64,000 nt of DNA, taken from the NCBI GenBank assembly GCA_030390025.1, contig JASTWF010000499.1, positions 62,001 through 126,000 of the forward strand, read 5' to 3'. The stretch is from Squalus acanthias. Its lineage: Eukaryota. Positions 1 through 10,084 of the stretch are shown piece by piece (within the stretch, counting starts at the first letter, position 1; every line of letters starts with the position of its first letter). The position numbers and the translations under genes are program-made. Under the pieces are notes generated by a model. That model had not been told where the DNA came from. It was given only the letters and a program-made list of their open reading frames with translations, and did not search any database.

Positions 1-83
1 GACAGTCACCCGAGGCCGGATTCGAACCCGGGTCCCTGGCGCTGTGAGGCAACAGTGCTAACCACTATGCCACCGTGCTGCCC
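1..83 (-). mobile_element. tRNA-derived SINE 5' head (HE1/V-SINE-like), runs off the window start
   Basis: Reverse complement reads GGGCAGCACGGTGGCATAGTGGTTAGCACTG...GGGTTCGAATCC, with Pol III A and B boxes. Confidence 0.8.
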
Positions 84-84
84 T

Positions 85-2012
85 TCACATTTATCTCAGT
101 CCTAAATGTCCTACCCCGTATCCTGAGACTGTGACCCTTCATTCTAGAGCCCTCAGCCAGGGGAAATATCCTCCCTGCATCCAGTCTGTCTAGCCCTGTC
201 AGAATTTGATACGATTCAATGAGATCCCCTCTCATTCTTCTAAACTCTAGTGAATACAGGCCTAGTCGACCCAATCTCTCCTCATACGACAGTCCTGTAA
301 TCCCAGGAATCAGTCTGGTGAACCTTCGCTGCACTCCCTCTATGGCAAGTATATCCTTTCTTAGGTAAGGAGAACAAAACTGCACACAGTACTCCAGGTG
401 TGGTCTCACCAAGGCCCTGTATAACTGTAGTAAGACATCCTTGCTCCTGTACTCAAATCCTCTTGCAATGAATGCCAACATACCATTTGCCTTCCTAACT
501 GCTTGCTGCACCTGCATGTTTGCTTTCAGTGACTGGTGTACAAGGACACCCAGGTCCCTTTGTACATTTGTACTTTGTACCTCAGCATTTCCCAATCTAG
601 CACTATTTAAATATTACTCTACCTTTCTGTTTTTCCTACCTAAGTGGATAACTTCACATTTATCCACGTTATCCTGCATCTGCCATGTATTTACCCACTC
701 ACTCAACTTGTCTAAATCGCCTTGAAGCCTCTTTGCATCCTCCTCACAATCCCACCTAGTTTCGTGTCGTCAGCAAACTTGGAAATATTACATTTGGTTC
801 CCTCATCCAAATCATTGATATATATTGTGAATAGCTGGGGCCCAAGCACTGATCCTTGCGGTACCCCACTAGTCACCGCATGCCACCCCGAAAAAGACCC
901 ATTTATTCCTACTCTCTGTTTCTTGTCTGTTAACCAATTTTCAATACATGCCAGTATATTACCCCCAATCCCATGTGCTTTAATTTTGCACACTAACCTC
1001 TTATGTGGGACTTTATCAAAGGCTTTCTGAAAATCCAAATACATCACATCCACTGGTTCTCCCTTATCTATTCTACCGGTTACATCCTCAAAAAACTCCA
1101 GTAGGTTTGTCAAACACGGTTTCCCTTTCATAAATCCATGTTGACTTTGTCTAATCCCTTTGATATTTTCTAAGTGTCCTGTTATCACATCCTTTATAAT
1201 AGACTCTAGCATTTTCCCTACTACTGATGTTAGGCTAACCGGTCTGTAGTTCCCTGTTTTCTCTCTCCCTCCTTTTTGAAATAGTAGGGTTACATTTGCC
1301 ACCCTCCAATCTGCAGGAACTGTTCCATAATCTATAGAATTTTGGAAGATGACAACCAATGCATCCACTATTTCCATGGCTACCTCTTTTAGTACTCTGA
1401 TATGCAGATTATCAGGCCCTGGGGATTTATCAGCTTTCAGTCCCATTAATTTCACCAGCACCATTTTTTTACTAATACTAATTTCCTTTAATTCCTCCTT
1501 CTCACTAGACCCTTGGTTCCCTGTCATTTCTGGGAAGTTATTTGTGTCCTCTTCCGTGAAGACAGAACCAAAGTATTTGTTTAATTGCTCTGCCATTTCC
1601 TTGTTCCCCATTATAAATTCTCCCGTTTCTGATTGTAAGGGACCTACATTTGTCTTCACTAATCTTTTTCTTTTTACATACTTATAGAAGCTTTTACAAT
1701 CCGCTTTTATGTTCCTTGCAAGTTTACTCTCATACTCTATTTTTCCCCTCTCAATCAATCTCTTGGTCCTTTTTTGCTGAACTATCAACTTCTCCCAATC
1801 CTCAGGCTTGCTACTTTTTCTGGCAACTTTATATGACTCCTCTTTGTATCTAATACTTTCCGTAATTTCTTTTGTTAGCCATGGTTGGGCCGCTTTTCCT
1901 TTTGTGTTTTTGCGCCAGAAAGGAATGTATAACTGTTGCAATTCATGCATTCGTTCCTTAAATGTTAGCCATTGCCTATCCACCGTCATGCCTTTTAATG
2001 AAGCTCCCCAAT
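85..2012 (-). mobile_element. CR1 LINE ORF2 fragment (reverse transcriptase), frameshifted
   Basis: ORFs 712-2028 and 65-595 carry [31 protein letters not shown] and LEYCVQF. Confidence 0.95.
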
Positions 2013-2696
2013 CCCTGCTCTGCTCCATTCGCTCTTACACCATCTCCCTGAATTCACTGAACTTCACCCCAGTGATCCTTTCTCCCTGCTCTGCTCCATT
2101 CCCTCTTACACCATCTCCTTGAACTCACCGATCATTACCCCAGGGATCCGCCAGTGACCTTCAGATCTCCGCTCCCTGTTTCCCTGCAGTGTTGCTCCAC
2201 GCCCTTCACCGGATCCTTGGACTCTTTCGGTGCCTCCCGGTCCCGGGAATACCTCCAGAGGTTTCTGGCCCGACTCGAGTTTTTTCCGGCAGTCTCCTGC
2301 TGATGCGGCGCTGCTTTCTCTCTAAACTCCTGGATTTCAGGCGCGAGGTTCCCTGTGGTTGAATATCAGATCGGGTTGAGGGACGATAGAATAAGGCGGC
2401 CCTTCTGAAGGGCTGGGAAGGAAGATTGCAAATGGATGGAGTTGCTGTTTAAACTATGTCTCTGTTTCAATCTCTCCCTATCCCCTCTAAGAGACTTTTA
2501 ATTTCCCCGAGCACCTCAATACATTAAGTATTCGATTTTGAAGGAATACACGGGATGAAATAACACTCACAGACAGAATATGGGAACCAGATCGTGTCCT
2601 ATTACCGGAACGGCCAGCCGGATGTTCCTGGCGCTGTCAGCAACCTCTTTCTCGGAGCTGATTTGAACATCGGTCCATGACTTTAAGGGAAAACAG

Positions 2697-3960
2697 TTGA
2701 GGAAAAAGGAAGACATGGAATGGAATAGAATCCTTACAGGAAGCGGGGTGGGAGGAAGTGTAGTCCATGTAGCTGTGGGAGTCAGTAGGCTTATAGTATA
2801 TTGTTCCATTCTCCCAGTTTCTCCATCTCCGCCGCATCTGCTCTGACGATGCCACCTTCCATACAAGTGCTTCCTATATGTCTTCCTTTTTCCTCAACCG
2901 AGGATTCCCGTCTACTGTGGTTGACATTTCCTGCACTTCTGCTCTCACCCCTTCCCCTCCCTCCCAGAACCACAATAGAGTTCCCCTTGTCCTCACCTTT
3001 CACCCCACCAGCCTTTACATTCAATGGGTCATCCTCTGCCATTTCCACCACCTCCCGTGTGATCCCACCACCAAACGCATCTTCCCCTCCCCTCCCCTTT
3101 CAGCATTCCGAAGGGACCGCTCCCTCCGCGACATCCTGGTCCACTCCTCAATCACCCCAACACCCCTTCCGCTCCCCACGGCACATTCCCGTGCACGTGC
3201 AGGAGATGCAACACCTGCCCGTTTACCTCCTCCCTTCTCACTTTTCAGGGCCCCAAACACTCCTTCCAGGTGAAACAGCGATTTACTTGCACTTCTTGCA
3301 ATTTAGTATACTGTATTCGCTGCTCACGATGCGTCTCCTCTACAACGGGGAGACCAAACGCAGATTGGGTGACCGCTTTGCGGAACACCTCCGTTCAGTC
3401 CGTAAAGGTGACCCCGAGCTTCCAGTCGCCTGTCACTTTAATTCTCCGCTCCACTCCCACTCTGATCTCTCTGTCCTCGGCCTCTTACACTGTTCCAACG
3501 AAGCTCAACGTAAGCTCGAGGAACAGCACCTCATCTTTCGATTAGGCACTTTACAGCCTTCTGGACTCAACATCGAGTTCAACAATTTCAGATTATAGCC
3601 TCGGCCCCTTTATAAAAAATATTTTCCCTCACATGGCAGCTGTTGATGATTTCACCTCATCTAGAATCATCTTTTCTTTCTTAACTTGTCCAATTACCAT
3701 CTCCTTTTGCCTTGCACGATCATCCCTTTTGTCTTTTAATCTCTCCTGCCTTCCATCCTATCACAGACCTTCCCTTTTGTTCTTTCCTCCCCTCCTCCCT
3801 TTCCCTGCCCCTACACTTGCTTAAAAATTTGTTACATCTCTAACTTTTTCCAGTTCTGATGACGGGTCATCGACCTGAAACGTTAACTCTGTTTCTCTCT
3901 CCACAGATGCTGCCTGACATGCTGAGTATTTCCAGCATTTTCTGCTTTTATTTCTGATTT
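2697..3960 (+). mobile_element. Penelope-like element 3' part (RT thumb, GIY-YIG endonuclease, 3' UTR) with an inverted 5' segment
   Basis: ORFs give CTSCNLVYCIRCSRC...YNGETKRRLGDRFAEHLRSV...GLNIEF; 2716-2798 is upstream PLE sequence (YYKPTDSHSY) in inverted orientation. Confidence 0.9.
3852..3888 (+). ncRNA. Minimal hammerhead ribozyme in the PLE 3' region
   Basis: AGTT-CTGATGA-cgGGTCatcGACCt-GAAA-CGTT-AACT: conserved core, stem II GGTC/GACC, stem I AGTT/AACT, palindromic AACGTT stem III. Confidence 0.75.
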
Positions 3961-4400
3961 CCGCAGTATTTTGCTTTTGTGTTTGTGTGAGAAATTGTAT
4001 GTTTACTCATTAACCTGTCTGCAGTTTCTGTTTTTGGGAAACTGGGTTGGAGCGGATTTGAATGGATATCCCTAAAAGAAACAAAGACTTTACATCGTTA
4101 AACTAAAGACTGGAAAAAAGGAAATTCATACGATTATGGGTAAAACGTGGAGACGGGGGACGAGAAGAGACAGGGAGGCACGGAAAGGGCATTGGAAGAA
4201 AGAAGTTCGTCAAGGCGGCACAGATGCAGTTGCAATGTATATTTTTTATCATGAATGCGAGGTGAAATCACCAACTAATATAATTGCGCCAGGGGACCTC
4301 TCCTCTTGTTGCTGAGCATTGTGACTTGTCGCTGATTTAAGAATCTCCCTGTGACTCTCACTGTGGAGGCGGAATTATCGCTGCTGGTTATCGGGGTGAG

Positions 4401-4415
4401 AGCGCCCTCTGGTGA
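4401..4415 (-). promoter_or_regulatory. CTCF-binding motif beyond the V1 RSS
   Basis: Reverse complement TCACCAGAGGGCGCT matches the CTCF core CCASYAGRKGGCRC. Confidence 0.65.
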
Positions 4416-4439
4416 GAACTAACTGGAACTCTCAGTGCG

Positions 4440-4479
4440 GATTTTTGTACGGGATCCGCTATATCTCTGCAACAGTGTG
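4440..4479 (-). other. RSS of V1 (24-nt spacer)
   Basis: Heptamer CACACTG 4479-4473, spacer 4472-4449, nonamer ACAAAAATC 4448-4440. Confidence 0.85.
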
Positions 4480-4982
4480 GGGCTCATGGCACAGAAATAC
4501 ACGGCGGTGTCGGAAATCAGGGCGTTGCTGATCGTTAGCTCGGTAATCTTGGTAGTTTTATTAAACGTAGAAGAGAATTGGTCAGTGAAGTTTCAGTTTA
4601 CTCTCCCTGCAATAATATAAACCAAGTACTGTGGAGGCTGCCCGGGGTGCTGACTGTACCAGAACACATAAGAGTTAGTGTAGCTTGTTTTCAAAGTGCA
4701 GGTTTGTGTGACATTACTTTCCTCTTCAACCATCATTTCAGGGACCGGCTGTTCCACTGTTTCTTGGTGGCTCCATTCTAACATAAAATAATAGTCATAG
4801 TCACCATCATCATCATCATCATCATCATCTCAATCAACATAATCATCATCATCACCATCATCATTTCACCAATAATAACACCTGGGTTACAGCAGTCAGG
4901 GGGAGAATGGATTTTTACTGGGAAGTAAATACTTACTGAGAAGTGATATAATGATCAGGAGTTGTGTGAGACAGTTCCGCAT
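4480..4982 (-). pseudogene. TRAV: TCR alpha/delta V segment V1, pseudogene with one in-frame TGA
   Basis: Leader exon 4982-4937 MRNCLTQLLIIISLL|gtaagt; V exon 4777-4480 WSHQETVEQ...QTCTL...FWYSQHPGQPPQY...GRVN*NFTDQFSS...DTAVYFCAMSP; TGA at 4595-4593; RSS follows. Confidence 0.9.
4795..4875. repeat. (CAT)n microsatellite in the V1 intron
   Basis: Visible catcatcat run. Confidence 0.9.
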
Positions 4983-5628
4983 AATGCTCCCTGAGTCTGT
5001 AACTCTGCTGTCCGGGAAATCCTCTGTCGGAGCAGAAATACAGATCGCCGCCCCACTGCACTGCTGAACCAACCAATGCCAAACAGGGAACGGCGGCAGC
5101 AATCTCTCCAATAACACAGGGCAGGCGAGGCGGGTCAGAGCGAGAGCAGCAAACGGAAGCTGTGGGCGGGGCTGGCGCGGGCAGTGTTGTCACACGAAGG
5201 ATCCACCTGTGAGGAACTGAATTCAATAATAATGGCCCCTTCGGAAATTATGTAACTCTGCCTCTGTAGAAGGGCTGCGTTACTTTCACATTCGTCACAA
5301 ATTCGGGCAAGCAGGCTCGCGATAGGAATTGCAGAATTATTATATTATTCAATAGTTAAACAAAATATTCGGCAGCGATGTGCGTTAAAACCAGGGGCTG
5401 AAACTAGCGGAGAGAAGTAGAACAAAATGGCAACTGAACCAAATGTTCTGGAGAAGCACATCTCGTTTCCACTCAACTAACTTCTGAAATTATGAAACTG
5501 TAAATGAATGTAAAACATTAATAAGCATAAATGTGAGCTCAAAAGCAATTTCACGTTAATTTATAATAGAAAAAGTCAGTCAGTATTGGTTGATGTACGG
5601 TGACCGACTGTGGGAATCCGCGCTCTGT

Positions 5629-5646
5629 CAGCGCCACCTGCTGGCC
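5629..5646 (-). promoter_or_regulatory. CTCF-binding motif beyond the V2 RSS
   Basis: Reverse complement GGCCAGCAGGTGGCGCTG is a near-consensus CTCF site. Confidence 0.75.
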
Positions 5647-5686
5647 GAGTTTAAAGTATCTCCTTTGAGCTGATCTCACAGATCAC

Positions 5687-5725
5687 GGTTACTGTACGAG
5701 GTGTCCAGAGACCCTTCTCACTGTG
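5687..5725 (-). other. 23-RSS of V2
   Basis: CACAGTG 5725-5719, 23-nt spacer, ACAGTAACC 5695-5687. Confidence 0.85.
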
Positions 5726-6653
5726 GGCCTCAGTGCACAGTAGTACACGGCGCTGTCAGAAAGCTGCAGCTCAGTCAAGTTGCAAACACTGGTAGTTTTA
5801 GACTTTTCCAGAATGACAGAGAAAAGACCGTTATCTTCGTCCTTTCCAAAGGAATGTGCCTGAATTACGAAAGTGGGAACCTTGTTCTGGTTCTGACGGT
5901 AAATCTGCAGGGAATAAATCGAATCTGACGTTGAATAGTTACAATTAATGCTCATCGAGGTTCCTTCCAGATATTGGGCTTCTGTTGGCCACTGATCGAC
6001 GGAGTCTCCAGAACTCAGTCCTGCAGAAAACATTCCTGGTTACCAATGGAAACAGAGTGAAGAGTAGATCACACGTTTCTCTGTCTTCAAGAATATATCT
6101 GTCCATCTCTCTGTGTGTACACAGGGAGACAAAGAGACAGGAAGAGATAGTATCGCTTTAATGGTTAGATAAAGATAGATGGACAGGTTGATAAACAAAC
6201 AGACAGACAGAAAGGCAGAAAGATAGGCAGAGGGAAAGACATAGATACAGAGGGACCAACAGAAAAGCAGTCAGATAGACAGATAGACAGACAGTCAGAG
6301 AGACAGACAGAGAAAGACAGACAGAGAGTGAGACAGACAGGCAGACAGACAGAAAATTAGACAGACAGGTGGATAGACATAGAGATCGATGAATAGAAGA
6401 GAGGGAGGGAGACCGAGAGAGAGAGAGACAAAGAGAGACAGAGAGACAGAACGAGAGAGAGAAACAAAGAGAGAGAGAGGGAGAGGGGGACTGAGAGACA
6501 GAGAGAGAGAGAACTAGGCAGACCTAGGGGTCGCTGACTAGCAGACAGTGAAGTCAATAGTGGAATGGACAAACAGACGCAGCTGTGTAAATAAATAATC
6601 TAACCAAATAACAACGTTGTTAGGCCCCAAACAAACAAAAACCCAAACTCCAT
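5726..6653 (-). CDS. TRAV: TCR alpha/delta V segment V2; open frame but conserved Trp41 replaced by Ile
   Basis: Leader 6653-6605 MEFGFLFVWGLTTLLF-G|gttaga (phase 1); acceptor ttttctgcag; V exon 6020-5726 GDSVDQ...INCNYS...LQIYRQ...DSAVYYCALRP. Confidence 0.85.
6110..6535. repeat. GA/GACA-rich microsatellite expanding the V2 intron
   Basis: gacaga/gagaga runs. Confidence 0.85.
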
Positions 6654-7164
6654 AATGTCCGCAGTCTCCCCACACTGGGAGCCCGCACTTCACCCGGTGC
6701 CTCCTCTTAGTTGCAGCTCTCGGAATGAAGGGGAGAATTTGAAATGTTCCGTCAGCACACGGAGTCCCGTCATTTTCTGAATCAAACCAAGAGCCTGGTT
6801 TCAATGAGCTGCCGCTGATCATTGTCGCTGTCTGTGTTCATCATCACTGCCTGCGGCCCCGGCACACAGGGTCCCGGACATCTGATCATCCGATCCCGGG
6901 AATGAGTAAAGATTCTGTCTGACCGTTACTGGCCTCACACACAATAACCTGGACACATCCCAGAACTGCTCGGAAAGGCGGAAAAAACCTTCGGACTGAA
7001 GATTATTCTTCCAAAAAAAATCTCATTTTAACCGTGTTTTCAAACCGACGCTCAATCGATTTTACGGTTTGCTTGTTGATAGAACATGTTCCATTTGATA
7101 GAAATGAAAATCAGACACGATGTTGTGGCAATGTCACAACCTCGGAGTTTAAACTCGAGCCTTT

Positions 7165-7625
7165 TTGTCTGTGTGTTTTTCTGTCTGTATTTTTGAGTGT
7201 GAATGTATGTGTCTGTATGTGTGGTTAAGTGCTTGTGTCTGTGTGTGTTTATCTGTCTGTCTCTGTTTATCTGTGCATGTTTGTCTGTGTGTCGGTATGT
7301 GTGATTCTCTGTGGTTGTGTTTGCAGTGCTCGAAGTGAGGCTTGTACAGGACACAGGAGGGCGCATTCTGATCATTTGTTAAAGATCTTTCATCTTAAGC
7401 AACACAGCTGAATATACATAAGTATCCTCCACAACATATCAACTAGTTGTGTGCATCTCGGTTTATGTCGTGTGTGTATGTGTGTGTGTGTGAAGGGTGT
7501 CTGTGTCTCTATATATATGGTGTCTGTGCGTGTGTGAGTGTGTATATGAAGGGTGTGTGTGTGTTTATGTGTGTGTGTATGTCTATATGTGTATGGCTGT
7601 CTGTGCATGTGTGTATGTGTATATG
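7165..7625. repeat. TG-rich microsatellites between the divergent V2 and V3 promoters
   Basis: gtgt/gtat/gtct runs. Confidence 0.85.
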
Positions 7626-7674
7626 GATATCTATTTGTCCTTGTTGCGAATGCGCTATGCCATGCTTGTACTAC

Positions 7675-7795
7675 CCACAGGAGGGCGCTCTCTGATCACT
7701 TTATAAAGATGATGATCCCAACATAAAGGAAGTGGCTGTTTAGAGCTATACAAATGGGCGGGGAGAAGAAATCCAAACCGATCTGATGAGATCAC
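7675..7795 (+). promoter_or_regulatory. Putative V3 promoter with CTCF-like site, ETS site and GC box
   Basis: CCACAGGAGGGCGCTC 7675-7690, AGGAAGTG ~7727, GGGCGGGG ~7756, about 100-200 nt upstream of ATG 7878. Confidence 0.5.
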
Positions 7796-7877
7796 CGCGC
7801 TGTTTCAGTTCATCCCATTCCAGGCCCGGTATAGGCAGTGATCACAGTCTCTTGTTTCTGGAGTTCAGACTGGAACC

Positions 7878-8349
7878 ATGGAGGTGAAACTCTGCGTGAC
7901 TCTGGTTATTGTCCTGATCACAGGTCGGTGATATTGGAACCATCCTATAACATTCTCAAATCCCCATCTACATCTCTGGGTTATTGTTCTCTTTCTGTTA
8001 CTCCGTCTAACCCGGTGTGTGTCCACTGTTTATTTTCAGAGATGAGTAACGGAGACTCGGTGTCCCAGTCAGAACAAGGAGTCGGATCAGAAGAGGGTGC
8101 AGATTCAACAATAACCTGCAGTTATTCTGTATCGGGTTCAGCTACAAGCTATGGCCTGTTCTGGTATCGGCAGTTTCCCCACCAAGCCCCTCAGTATCTG
8201 CTCAGAGCCGATAGTTATGGGAATAACGAGACGGCTCCGGGCTTTGAACACTTCAGCGGGAATCTCAACCGGACACAAGGCACTTTTCACTTATCCATGA
8301 AAGGCTTGAAGATCGCAGACAGCGCCGTGTATTACTGTGCCCTGAGACC
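7878..8349 (+). CDS. TRAV: TCR alpha/delta V segment V3, intact
   Basis: Leader 7878-7923 MEVKLCVTLVIVLIT-G|gtcggt; V exon 8040-8349 GDSVSQ...ITCSYS...LFWYRQFPHQAPQYL...DSAVYYCALRP; Cys23, Trp41 and Cys104 present. Confidence 0.93.
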
Positions 8350-8388
8350 CACAGTGAATAAGGGACCCTCTATCCTCATACAAAAACA
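8350..8388 (+). other. 23-RSS of V3
   Basis: CACAGTG 8350-8356, 23-nt spacer, ACAAAAACA 8380-8388. Confidence 0.93.
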
Positions 8389-9143
8389 TGACACAGGTCG
8401 GCAACAAGGGTGGGCTCCGGGAGAATACCAGGGATTGAATCCCAGAGAGTTTGTCGAGGAAATAAATGTGAAAATACAGCCTGATCCGAGCGGTTTTCTC
8501 TCGTTAAATTCATTGCTGTCAGTGTTGGGATAAATGACGTCTCGCTATCATTTTAATGCAGCGTCAAATTGAGACATTTCCAGCTCCCTGTTAGCTCAGA
8601 CATGCAGATCTCTGGGATGAATAACAGGATCAATCTGTACAAGTAGATGTCCTGGATATGGTGCATATCTGCCAAGTGACATCTTTCAAAAGCGATCTAA
8701 TCTCAGAGTCGGCCTCGGGGGCGTCACACTTCCAAACTTCTGGGATTCCAGTGGTAAAACATAGTGACTGACTGAAATCAGCACTTTACTGGAACAAGTT
8801 GAGCCTCAGTGGTATCACATCCCGGTGGGACTACTTAACATGCCCGCGTGGCTTTAGGACTGTAACTATTAATGATGTTGATGGATTGGAGGGTATTCTT
8901 TAATGCCAGGGCTTGAGACTAATTTGGAATTATTTTACTTTTCACCTTAATTAGAGAGAGATCTACCTATCTATATATAGAGACATTGAGTTCCACAGAA
9001 AGAGAGACAAAGCGAGAAAGAGACAGAAAGACTGACAAAGAGACACAGGGCAAGAGAGTGAGACAGGGAGAAAGACACACAGACACTGACAGGAAAGGAA
9101 AGTGTTTGGAGAGAGCCAGGAGTAATTGGTCCTCAACTAACAC

Positions 9144-9187
9144 TGATTGGTCCACAGCTGACGTCAGTTCTGTATGACCAGCCAATC
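9144..9187 (+). promoter_or_regulatory. Putative V4 promoter: CRE overlapping an E-box, flanked by CCAAT boxes
   Basis: GATTGG 9145-9150, CAGCTG 9155-9160, TGACGTCA 9159-9166, GCCAAT 9181-9186; CRE-type motifs are typical of TCR V promoters. Confidence 0.65.
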
Positions 9188-9317
9188 CGGGCCCTGAGAA
9201 ACGCCCCTCGGTTTCCAAATAGGTGAAGCCTGCCGCTGAGTTGGGTTTACTGTTTAGTATCAGACTACAACGGTTCAAAACATCCTGCTATTTTCTGTCG
9301 AACTCTAACCAAATACT

Positions 9318-9755
9318 ATGTGCTCCCTATGTTCCTTACTGATAATAATGGTCGTGCTGTCCGGTGAGTCTATGTTTACAGGGTCAGTGTGTGTTCCATG
9401 GGTTATATTTACTCCAGACCTTTTGTCACATTCTTTATTTTGTTACAGGAACGAGTGGCAAAGACTCAGTGTCCCAGCATCCTTCGGAGTTAAGGGTTCA
9501 GGAAGGACAGACCATAATACTGAACTGCAGTTACTCCACATCCGAGAGCTTTCCCTATCTCTTCTGGTACATCCAATACCCCGGGGAAGCTCCGAGATAT
9601 TTACTGAAGAGATACGGCAAGGGGCAGGGGGATAAGTCTCCAGATTTCCCAGACCGGTTCTCTGCTGATTTGGAACAAGACAAGAAAGCGGTTCCTTTAA
9701 TTGTCTCCGGGGCTCTTGTCTCTGACTCCGCCGTGTATTTCTGTGCGCTGAGCCC
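9318..9755 (+). CDS. TRAV: TCR alpha/delta V segment V4, intact
   Basis: Leader 9318-9363 MCSLCSLLIIMVVLS-G|gtgagt; V exon 9449-9755 KDSVSQ...LNCSYS...LFWYIQYPGEAPRYL...DSAVYFCALSP. Confidence 0.93.
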
Positions 9756-9794
9756 CACACTGTTACAGGGGCGCAGTCAGTCCGTACAAAAACC
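9756..9794 (+). other. 23-RSS of V4
   Basis: CACACTG 9756-9762, 23-nt spacer, consensus nonamer ACAAAAACC 9786-9794. Confidence 0.93.
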
Positions 9795-10084
9795 AGCAAA
9801 GGACTCTCACTCCCTCTCACTGAATCAGATCTGGGATCTGGATTGTGATAATACAACAGAACCAAACTATAAAAATTAAACGATGGATAAATAAATCGGT
9901 GAATAGATAACTAAGTAGATAGACCGGTAGAGATATGAATACACAGTCTCCCTCTCTTAACCTCCTCTCCCAATGATCCCTTCCTCTTTGTTTGAAAGTA
10001 TCCATCCCATGGCGACAAAACCCAGCCCGTGTGAATTGCGGCTGCGGCGTCTGCGAGTGTAAAACGCGATGTGTTTCACTGCTC

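Noticed and set aside
4359-4365. CACTGTG as a D/J heptamer
   Set aside because: No nonamer at either spacing and no FGXG motif downstream
7838-8533. 231-aa single-exon ORF
   Set aside because: Read-through of intron and RSS around V3; the real structure is leader plus V exon
4480-9755. IgH-like V (TAILV) or NAR-TCR V identity
   Set aside because: GDSVxQ starts and CALRP/CAMSP/CALSP ends fit conventional TCR alpha/delta V; no adjacent D-J cassette; alpha versus delta use cannot be resolved from this window
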